DNA of 64,000 bases, from the NCBI GenBank assembly GCA_965207885.1, contig OZ242311.1:5312001-5376000 (forward strand), written 5' to 3'. Made by a program: the position numbers and the translations under genes. Numbering within the stretch: the first letter of the stretch is position 1; every line of letters begins with the position of its first letter. Below the pieces are notes generated by a model that was not told the origin of the DNA, did no database searches, and worked only from the letters and a program-made list of their open reading frames with translations. The DNA comes from Candidatus Latescibacterota bacterium (GTDB lineage Bacteria > Latescibacterota > UBA2968). Of the stretch, positions 53,258-61,763 are shown piece by piece.

Positions 53258-53414
53258 ATCCTTAGCCTTTCACTGGATTTTGAAAAATACCGTGACCGTA
53301 TTAAAAATATCTTCAATACCACGATTTCGGAACGAATTTATCATACCATATATTAATTGTCAATTATCGATGTCTATAGCTCAGCGCAACGGGACCAATT
53401 TTTTCTCGCAAACG

Positions 53415-53471
53415 AATTAAAAACTATAACCCGTTAGACACACCTGGGCTGCATATAGTTTCTCTTTTAGC
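53415..53471 (+). repeat. repeat B, copy 2
   Basis: See 52658-52714. Confidence 0.75.
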
Positions 53472-53535
53472 CGCGATAAATTATATTGGACGAGTTATAT
53501 TTCCATGTTCCCACACATCCTCTGCCTGATCCATC

Positions 53536-54381
53536 ATGAAGACCTTCACCCGTACAACCCTCTATCTGATCATCCTCTCTACCTTCTTACCCGGATGCAA
53601 AGACAAACCCACTGCCCCGCCGGAAGAACCAGAGTCGCCACCGCCCGTTGTATCGCAGACGCAAACAGGTATCCAGATCACAACCCATGTGGGCACGACG
53701 CACACCCTCATCTTAATACCCGAAGGACCGTTCGAAATGGGTGCCAACAACGGCATCCGCAACGAAGGCCCAGAACACACCGTCCATCTCAAAGCCTATT
53801 ACATAGACCATACAGAAATCTCCAATGCCCAATGGAACCCCTACGCCATTGCCGAGCGCCAACTGCCCAACTTCGCCCCGGCCGAACATCCCGTTGTCAA
53901 CATCAACTGGTTTCAAGCCAGCGAATACTGCGCATGGCTCGGCGGACGCCTGCCCACCGAAGCCGAATGGGAAAAAGCAGCGCGCGGAACAGACGGGCGT
54001 ATCTATCCCTGGGGCGCTGCCCCGGATCCCAACCGCGCCAACTACCTCAACAGCGGCGACCCCTTTGACAACGGCACAGCACCTGTTGCATATTATCGGG
54101 AAGGCAATAGAGACGGGCGCAGCCCTTATGGCGTATTGGACATGGCAGGCAATGTTTGGGAGTGGACACAAGACGAATACGACAGCGCGTACTATCAACG
54201 CAGCCCACGCGATAACCCCGTCAATTACGAACTCAGAACCCACTTCTTGCACCTCGAACGCGTTGTCCGCGGCGGATCCTGGTTCAGCACGGCCTTCCTG
54301 GTACGCACAACCGCGCGCGACGCTCGAACATCCAATCTCCAGACCAATACCCTTGGATTTCGGTGTGTGGTGGATCGGTAA
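53536..54381 (+). CDS. SUMF1/FGE-sulfatase domain lipoprotein (non-catalytic FGE-like)
   Basis: LPGC lipobox, RLPTEAEWEKAARG, DMAGNVWEW, RGGSW, GFRC. Lacks the FGE catalytic Cys pair after RGGS. Confidence 0.88.
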   Translation: MKTFTRTTLYLIILSTFLPGCKDKPTAPPEEPESPPPVVSQTQTGIQITTHVGTTHTLILIPEGPFEMGANNGIRNEGPEHTVHLKAYYIDHTEISNAQWNPYAIAERQLPNFAPAEHPVVNINWFQASEYCAWLGGRLPTEAEWEKAARGTDGRIYPWGAAPDPNRANYLNSGDPFDNGTAPVAYYREGNRDGRSPYGVLDMAGNVWEWTQDEYDSAYYQRSPRDNPVNYELRTHFLHLERVVRGGSWFSTAFLVRTTARDARTSNLQTNTLGFRCVVDR

Positions 54382-54400
54382 TTTCTATTTTTTTATACAA

Positions 54401-54440
54401 AAAAAGACACGCATTCATATATCGAGTGCATGTCCTTTTT
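54401..54440. terminator. bidirectional terminator
   Basis: AAAAAGACACGCATTC...GAGTGCATGTCCTTTTT, between convergent genes. Confidence 0.65.
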
Positions 54441-54454
54441 ACTTTTGACAAAGA

Positions 54455-54997
54455 TCAAAGGCCGAGGATTTTGAGAAGCCTTTTCAATTCGTCGTCATAT
54501 CGAGCCGCCCGCTGTAAGTCAGATAAGGCGAAACGCCGGCTCAACTGATCCGCCGTCAGTTGTTTGCTGTACTCGGACCAAACTTTCCGAAGTTCCGCCT
54601 CCGCGTTGTTTACAATTTTTCGCCTCTCGTGTCCTTCATGTAGCCTGAGCAATAACCCTTCCAGGTTTGGACGCAAAAAAATGAGCTTTAATTTCTCCTT
54701 CGACGCCACACTTTGCGCGTCGCGTCCGGCCTGTTTGTCTTGTCTAATGCGGTCAGAGTCTAACAACACCAGCCTGTCGCTAATATCTCGCCTTCCGGGA
54801 TGTCTATTCAAGTAGCGGGCGGCTTCCTCGACAACGACTACTGAATCGCCGCCGTCTGCTGGCTTAGTGTCCAGATGCAGATGCAAACACTTCTCGTTGC
54901 AACAGTCTTGAAGGAATCTGACGAAGGCCCGGTCACTCGTCCCCTCAACCCCGATAAATATGACTCGCCTGCGTTCAACCCTGTAGCGACGCACCAC
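54455..54997 (-). CDS. RloB-like (TOPRIM-type) protein
   Basis: IFIGVEG.SD, LLDSD, PNLE..LL.LH. Coupled to the AAA ATPase. Confidence 0.7.
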   Translation of the reverse strand: MVRRYRVERRRVIFIGVEGTSDRAFVRFLQDCCNEKCLHLHLDTKPADGGDSVVVVEEAARYLNRHPGRRDISDRLVLLDSDRIRQDKQAGRDAQSVASKEKLKLIFLRPNLEGLLLRLHEGHERRKIVNNAEAELRKVWSEYSKQLTADQLSRRFALSDLQRAARYDDELKRLLKILGL

Positions 54998-55000
54998 TTT

Positions 55001-56209
55001 TTAACCAATCTTTGGAATACCACCGAGCACTCCCGCCCGGTATTTGGGATAGAGACATGTATCTCGGCGGAGACCCTGCACATCTTGTGCGCCATGCACG
55101 CGAGTCGCGCCACTGCTATCCTTCTCGACGATAAAAATCTCCTCCTTTTCCAGATTATCGAGCAAGCCAACATTGTGAGAGGAAACAAAAAGCTGTGCGC
55201 CTGAAGGATTGACCTCTTGAGAGCGGAACCAGCTAAGAATTTCTCCGGCGATATCCACATGGAGATCGCCATCTATCTCATCGAGGACAGCAGGAACGCC
55301 ATGGCGAAGCGCGGTACCAATCTGAGGCAACAGATGGAACAGGCGTTTTGTCCCACTGGATTCAAGACTCAGGGGGATCGGCGTATCAAGCCCGTGATGG
55401 TCAAAGAACACTTCCTTTTCCCCAGATCGGTCAGAAATATTTATATCCTGAATTCCCAAATCACTGGATCGGATACGATTTCTAACCCAGGATTCCATAT
55501 CGGGATCGTCCTCAAATGTATCCATCACTGTTTGAGTCGGAGGCGTCCATCTCTCATGAAACATGATATTGGATGACCAAAGAAAATCTTCCATCCAGTC
55601 TGCAATACGCATTGCCAGAGGCACATTGAGCATGGCGAGCGTAGCGATCATCGATGAGTCTTTTCGAATAACTGCCTGGAGGCTATCATCCCTGAGCTTA
55701 AGACCAAATTCGCTGGAAACATATATAGGTTCTCCCGGGGCACCGCGCTCAAAAAGGCGCCGGGGGCGGCCCTTTGGGAAGTAGGACAAGGCTTCGTAAG
55801 AGAAGAAAGGATCATTGGAGTTAGCAGCACCGCATACCACCACCAACTCGTATCGGAACAACTGACGGATCTCGCCCAGCCAATCTGCTTCGAACTCCAT
55901 GCAAAATCGCTTCGGTTCGTTTCTGGTTTTCTTTGTCCAAAAGGGTAAAAAGGCCTTAATCGGTCCGGTCCTCTCAGTGGGGGATGCGAATGAGGCGATG
56001 AAGGCAGTAGCGACCAGCGCACTGAGCAATGTTGACTTGCCTGACCCATTGGGGCCTATGAGTACGACTACAGAAGGAAGCCGGATATCTGGCTTTGCTG
56101 TACTCTTTCGGAACCGCGGCAGGTCGGGGGCAGTTCCCGGAATACGCAGGTCAAGAACCACTTCTTCGCGGACCGAATGGAAGTTAGATATAGAAAATTT
56201 GTGAATCAT
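55001..56209 (-). CDS. AAA_21 family ATPase (RloA/AbiEii-like)
   Basis: NFHS, GPNGSGKS, ESSGTKR, LDEID..LH, QLFVSSH, YRAG.LGGIP. Confidence 0.85.
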   Translation of the reverse strand: MIHKFSISNFHSVREEVVLDLRIPGTAPDLPRFRKSTAKPDIRLPSVVVLIGPNGSGKSTLLSALVATAFIASFASPTERTGPIKAFLPFWTKKTRNEPKRFCMEFEADWLGEIRQLFRYELVVVCGAANSNDPFFSYEALSYFPKGRPRRLFERGAPGEPIYVSSEFGLKLRDDSLQAVIRKDSSMIATLAMLNVPLAMRIADWMEDFLWSSNIMFHERWTPPTQTVMDTFEDDPDMESWVRNRIRSSDLGIQDINISDRSGEKEVFFDHHGLDTPIPLSLESSGTKRLFHLLPQIGTALRHGVPAVLDEIDGDLHVDIAGEILSWFRSQEVNPSGAQLFVSSHNVGLLDNLEKEEIFIVEKDSSGATRVHGAQDVQGLRRDTCLYPKYRAGVLGGIPKIG

Positions 56210-56331
56210 ATTGAAATAATAACAACTTTTCGTTGAGATAGCAATATAATAGTCAAAAAATAACGGGATAATCAGTATCCCGCTCTTGTGGACTGATTGC
56301 CCCGTTCCGTGTGTAAAATCCCTTTGTATTC

Positions 56332-59300
56332 TCAAACTCGAGCAGTGTGATAGACCTCTTTGAGCAATGCGTCCATGATGAAATCGCGCAGAGCTTTGTC
56401 AGACATAAAATCATTAACGATCTTCTGGTTTCTGCCCTGTCGTTGAACAAATGCCTTCATCACCTCGGGTTCAAAAACCTGCTTAAACTGATCAATTGAA
56501 TTGGCCTGCGCCTGTTCTGCAAGACGTGAATTTCGCGCCATATCGCCTGAAATCTGATCAAATAGCAACTTATCCTCATCCGTCCAACTGGTGCCAAATC
56601 GCTCGTTAATCACTTCAATAATAGACGATAGCGGTGCGGTATGGTCATCCTTGGCCTTTGCCGTACCAACATCGCCCACGCCCTGCACAAAATCTTTGTC
56701 TCCCACCTCCAATGCCCCACTACCCGAAAATGTCATCTCGTTGCGGTAGTGTGAAAGCGCAACTTCGTCGTCGAGTTCCAACATCCCCTCGCCCGAACGG
56801 CGAGGCAATTTGGTGAACAAATGCCTCCCATACGCATAGAGCTTCTCCAACTCGGTATCCTGCCATTCGATAATCTGACTCAAACCATATAGCCGTATAA
56901 AGCTCTGCAAGGTACTTTTGAAAATCTCGCCTTCTTCCGTGTACGCTTCCCCACCCGAACCCGGGACACCGTAAGATTGCTTGAATCGCTCCACAGCGGG
57001 ATCAACCCATTTGTTGAGTAGCCCGTGATCATGCCTTGTTTGATGTGGTTGGAGCTTGAAATAAGTCAGGGCAAATTCCTCAATCTCCTCATCGCGCAGC
57101 ACAGGTTCGCTTTTCAGTCTTGCATCCAGCGTATAGAGATGATTGGAATCGGTCGGTTCATCGATCTCCGTCTGTTCGTAATATGGCTTGAACGCCTCTT
57201 TGATCTCATCAATCTCATTGGCAAAATCCAGCACAAATGTATCCACCTTCCCGCCTGCTGTGCGGTTGAGCCGCGACAAAGTCTGAACAGCTTTCAGGTC
57301 TGCCAGCCGCTTATCGACGAACATCGTGTGCAAAAGAGGTTGATCAAAACCAGTCTGATACTTCTCCGCAACAATCAAAATCTGATATTCGGGCGTCGCA
57401 AAATAGGCGGGCAATTCTCGTTCACTGATGCCGTTCATGCTCGCCTCTGTGTAATGCTTATCCTCGACATCTGGATCGACAACAGTTCCTGAAAATGCCA
57501 CAAGCGTTTTGAGATCAGTATATCCTCTTGCCGCAATATATTTGTCAAAAGCCTGTTTGTAGCGCACCGCGTGTAACCGCGAGCGCGTAACAACCATCGC
57601 TTTGGCTTTGCCATTGATCTTCTTGCGCGTGAAAGCGCGAAAATGCTCAACCATAATTTCCGTCTTCTGCGCGATATTGTGCGGATGCAAACTCATAAAC
57701 CGCGCAATAGCCCGCTTCGCCTTGCTTTCATCCACCTCGGGATCGTCTTCAATCGCTTTGGACAATTTGTAATACGTCCTGTACGTGGTATAATGCTTGA
57801 GCACATCGTGGATAAAGCCCTCTTCAATACCCTGACGCATAGCGTAAAGATGGAACGGCTGCGGATTGCCCTCTGCATCGCGCACACCAAACATTTCGAG
57901 CGTGCGGTGTTTAGGCGTAGCCGTAAAAGCATAAAAATTGATATTCGGCTGCGGTCCCCGGCGTTTGGCCTCCGCAAGAATCAAATCTTCCATATCGGGC
58001 GGATCTTCTCCCTCAGCTTCCTCAGCCTCCGCTTGCTCAAGCCCACCCAACACACCGCGCAAATTACTCGCACTTCGCCCACCCTGACTGCTATGAGCCT
58101 CATCCACAATCACCGCGAATGTCCTGTCTGACAGATCCTCCACCTTGCCCATCAAAAAAGAAAATTTTTGCAGCGTCGTAATGATAATCTTTGTCCCCTT
58201 ATTGAGTTCATCAGCCAGATCACTCGAATTGCGATCCTCATCAATTTTGACAACCACGCCCTGCTTGTGTTCGATCTGATAGATATTATCCTGCAACTGC
58301 TTGTCCAGATTGCGCCGGTCAGAAACAACCACAACCGAATTGAAAATAGGCGCATCCGCATCATCGTGGATACTGGCAAGCTGATGGGCAAGCCACGAAA
58401 TGGTATTGGTCTTACCCGATCCAGCACTATGCTGAATCAGATAATTGTGACCCACACCTTTGGCTCTGGTATCTGCGATCAGATTGCGAACAGCGGTAAG
58501 CTGGTGATAGCGGGGAAAAATGAGCGTTTCTCTGGTGGTAGTTTTGCGCGTGGTGACGTCGGCAGTCTTTTCCACATGAAGGTGGATAAATCTGTGGATA
58601 ATATCCAACCAACTATCGCGCTACCAGATTTCTTCCCAGAGATAGCCAGTTTTGTATCCCGTCTGATACTCGTGATCGCCTGGATTGCCTTTGCCGCCTC
58701 TGTTACCCGTGTTAAAAGGCAAGAAGAAAGTCTTATCACCCGAAAGCCGCGTAGTCATATACACATCATCGGTATCAACGGCAAAATGCACCAGCGCACG
58801 TTTTTTGAACTGGATAAGGGGTGTTCTAACGGTAGGAACGCGGTCCTTGATATATTGCTGAATAGCGTGACCCGTACGCTGTCCAGTGAAAGCGTTTTTG
58901 AGTTCAACCGTAGCAATGGGCAGACCGTTAAGCGACAAGAGCATATCTATCGAATTATTGCTATCCAGATCATAACGCACCTGTCGCGTCACCGTGAGAC
59001 GATTCTGATTATAGCGTTTTTCTGTTTCAATATTCAGACGAGTTGGCGGACGAAAATACGCCAGACGCAGATGTTTCCCCCGGTCACGCACGCCATTCCG
59101 CACCACATCGAGCAACCCGCGCTTATCGCACTCAGAGGCAATCCGCTTGACAACTGCCTCCTCCACCGCGCTGCCATAGCTCCTCTTGAGCGCGTCCATT
59201 GTATCGGGCTGCGTCTCATTGAGAAATGCGAGCAACGTGTGTTTATCCAGACCGAGTGCCGGATCGAACTGGCGACTATCAGCTTTGGCATATCCAGCGC

Positions 59301-59364
59301 GATCTACCAGCCACGCTTCAATCGCGTCCTCAAAGTCTTTTTCAGATGTGGATTTGCTGGTCAT
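56332..59364 (-). pseudogene. hsdR: type I restriction enzyme R subunit with an in-frame TAG at 58621-58623
   Basis: Nuclease IDM...NGLP.ATVELKN in 58621..59364. HSAGSGKT, DEAHSSQ, FTATPK, QTGFDQP, VQTLSRLNR in 56332..58608. The reading frame is continuous: EEIW-TAG-RDSWLDII. Confidence 0.88.
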
Positions 59365-59501
59365 TGTGAGAGCTCAAGAAATATTCAAAAAAATGAGACC
59401 TCATCCAAGACCGTACAAACGGTTTCGGACGGGCCTTTTTCTCAAACCGTGTCATCTGCAGAGGCAGATCGGTTAGCCAGAACTTGAAACAAATAGAAAC
59501 T

Positions 59502-59930
59502 CTATGTATTCTCTTGCAAGTACCGAAGGATACCTGCCTTGATCTGATTTTTATCCGAACTGTTCAGACATAGCTGTTCTAATTTATTCTTTATCTCGGT
59601 TGCATCCCGCAATACCTGTTCAACGTTACTATTTTTTTCAACCAAAGTATCATTGAGAATATAATCAGCCTTTCGGCGCCAACCATGAAGGCTCCTGATC
59701 TTCTCACCCAATTTTTCCACCTCCGTAACCCCACATCCACAAAGAGAATTAAATACATTTCCGTGTGCGCTGGCCCCTCCCCCCACTCGCCCACCTAAAG
59801 CCTGGATAACGTTGGCCCCTATATGATGTGAAGCATAATAGGCGCGGCTAACAGCAGTCCGTTTCTTAGCTGGTGAAGCGGAACCTTGTGCAAGATCAAG
59901 TGCTAAATTGAAAAATTCATTTGGATCCAT
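59502..59930 (-). CDS. HEPN domain protein (UPF0332-like)
   Basis: RTAVSRAYYASHH and L..WRRKADY motifs. Confidence 0.78.
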   Translation of the reverse strand: MDPNEFFNLALDLAQGSASPAKKRTAVSRAYYASHHIGANVIQALGGRVGGGASAHGNVFNSLCGCGVTEVEKLGEKIRSLHGWRRKADYILNDTLVEKNSNVEQVLRDATEIKNKLEQLCLNSSDKNQIKAGILRYLQENT

Positions 59931-59933
59931 TGA

Positions 59934-60548
59934 CTATTCCGCAATATCCAAAAGAAGTTGGAAATGTGCTCTTGCCTCTGCTGGAACCTCCTCAACCCAG
60001 GTATCAAGAAATATGTCATAAAAGTCATTAATTTCTTCTGGGTCACCCGAGACCGAGAATAATACCTCAACAAAGACATCTTCAGATTCATCATCTTCTT
60101 GAAGACTGAATTCTCTACCCTCTAAATTTGGGAAATAGCTCTCAAGAAGCCCGGGTATCTTTGAATACCACTCTGCTATGCCTTTTTCTATACAAAAAGC
60201 CTCTATAGCATCAATTTCATTAGCATCAATTTCATCAAAATCAGAAGGATGGATTGAGGGATAAATCGTATCTGCAGGGGAAATAAATACGGTAATAATA
60301 TCTCTTTCAGCAGCCAAAATTTCTGCCCAAGGCCCAACAAAGTCCAGTGTGCTATCAACACCAGAATTTTGTGCCAAAGGTGACGCAATTTCCTCAATGC
60401 CGCAGTCAGAAGTTCCGGAAAATCCCCTCCATCTTCTTCGCAGAGAAGGATCGAGTTCAGGCCTACGAGGTTCAGCCAGAAAATCAGGAGTATCTGTACT
60501 CAGAAAATATTGCTCTGCTGAAACTGAAGAATTTCTATTCACCTTCAA
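59934..60548 (-). CDS. hypothetical acidic protein
   Basis: 204-aa ORF coupled to its neighbours on both sides. Confidence 0.6.
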   Translation of the reverse strand: MKVNRNSSVSAEQYFLSTDTPDFLAEPRRPELDPSLRRRWRGFSGTSDCGIEEIASPLAQNSGVDSTLDFVGPWAEILAAERDIITVFISPADTIYPSIHPSDFDEIDANEIDAIEAFCIEKGIAEWYSKIPGLLESYFPNLEGREFSLQEDDESEDVFVEVLFSVSGDPEEINDFYDIFLDTWVEEVPAEARAHFQLLLDIAE

Positions 60549-61383
60549 AACTCCTCAATAAATCGCCCTCAGAAAATTTCACGAACCAATCGTGAGTGAT
60601 CTCATGAGCGGAATCTAACCAATTCTCAAGCCCTTTGGGTATAATGGGGACATCGTTTCCTGCAGACTGTACAGTCGTGTGCCAAATAATTGATGGACAT
60701 TCATTACCATCCTTCTTTGCGTTTCCAGTTGCAAATAGCACAACCGCCTGACCTTTCGGTTTATTGCATGGAAAAGATACTTCAAATTTAAGGGACCGGG
60801 GTTTATACTCTATATGTCCACCTTCCAAGCCATCGGGTAACGTGATACCGACCTTTAGTTTGTCACGCAGAAATTGTCTCACATCCTCTCTTGTGTGGTC
60901 AAATTGAATAGCATCAATATATTTGAGATAGATACTTACAGGTTCAAGTCTTTCTTTTTGTGGATATGCTGAGTAGTAATATTCTACAGCTTCCAGAACA
61001 TCTGTCTTGAAATGCGACCAAATATATTTTGATGTTTCATTAAAAGTGAAAATTCCAGGACCGACTTGAATCACAGGCCACCCGTCCTGCTGGGTTCTGA
61101 AACGATGTTGGACAGTGTAACCAGCCATTTCATCTGGAATATGAGCAGAAGGAAGAGGTTCATAATAAGGAAACTTACCCTCAATCTGACCATGCAACCT
61201 CCCCAAAAGAAATTTGTAATCAAAGGACTGTTCCTTTTCTTGTTCTGGCAACCGCCACCGAATCTCTACATAAGCCTCAACTAAAGGCTTATTCTTCAAA
61301 TCTTCATAAGACTTCAAGGAATCCATATATAATTTCCTGATAGTTTCTGGCCTTAGCTCGTCTAGTCCGAAAAAATTGAGCAA
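60535..61383 (-). CDS. TIGR04255 family protein
   Basis: LKNKPLVEA.VEIRW, IQVGPG.FT.N...Y.W..F, LKYID, WL..AH....WF. The true start may be about 20 codons downstream. Confidence 0.75.
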   Translation of the reverse strand: MLNFFGLDELRPETIRKLYMDSLKSYEDLKNKPLVEAYVEIRWRLPEQEKEQSFDYKFLLGRLHGQIEGKFPYYEPLPSAHIPDEMAGYTVQHRFRTQQDGWPVIQVGPGIFTFNETSKYIWSHFKTDVLEAVEYYYSAYPQKERLEPVSIYLKYIDAIQFDHTREDVRQFLRDKLKVGITLPDGLEGGHIEYKPRSLKFEVSFPCNKPKGQAVVLFATGNAKKDGNECPSIIWHTTVQSAGNDVPIIPKGLENWLDSAHEITHDWFVKFSEGDLLRSFEGE

Positions 61384-61475
61384 ATTGCGTGCCAGAAAGA
61401 TGATTTTTAAAAATTGAGAGACAAAATAGTGCTTGTTTAGATACCGGTCAATATCTTTCCGTTATAATCCGAACA

Positions 61476-61736
61476 TTAATTTTCTGCTGGCAATATCTCG
61501 TCCCCACGGCGCGGTGGCTCATCGCCCGCTGTCTTCAGCAAACTACCAAACGCCTCCAAATCTGCGCGTGTAGCGCGTTCCTGAAAGTAGCGAACCGTCC
61601 GCAAAGCAGCTAACTTCTCCGCTACTGCCACGTTAATAAACTGGTTGAGCGTTGTACCCTCTTCCTCCGCCACCTTTTCCGCCTCAGCTTTAAGCGAGGC
61701 AAGCAGGCGCAGGGTGTAATTACTCATAGTAGCCAT
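61476..61736 (-). CDS. ribbon-helix-helix / HicB-like antitoxin-family protein
   Basis: SNYTLRL..SLK..AE..A..EG.TLNQFI..AVAEK. Confidence 0.75.
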   Translation of the reverse strand: MATMSNYTLRLLASLKAEAEKVAEEEGTTLNQFINVAVAEKLAALRTVRYFQERATRADLEAFGSLLKTAGDEPPRRGDEILPAEN

Positions 61737-61763
61737 AATTTTCTAATCAGGGTCTATCGTACT

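Noticed and set aside
53536-54381. True formylglycine-generating enzyme
   Set aside because: The catalytic cysteines after RGGS are absent (RGGSWFSTAFLVR), so it is FGE-like fold only.
58621-58623. Pyrrolysine or alternative genetic code at the hsdR TAG
   Set aside because: TAG is used as a normal stop by several genes in the window, no pyl genes are seen, and it is a single instance.
58168-59487. 439-aa plus-strand ORF
   Set aside because: Antisense shadow of hsdR.
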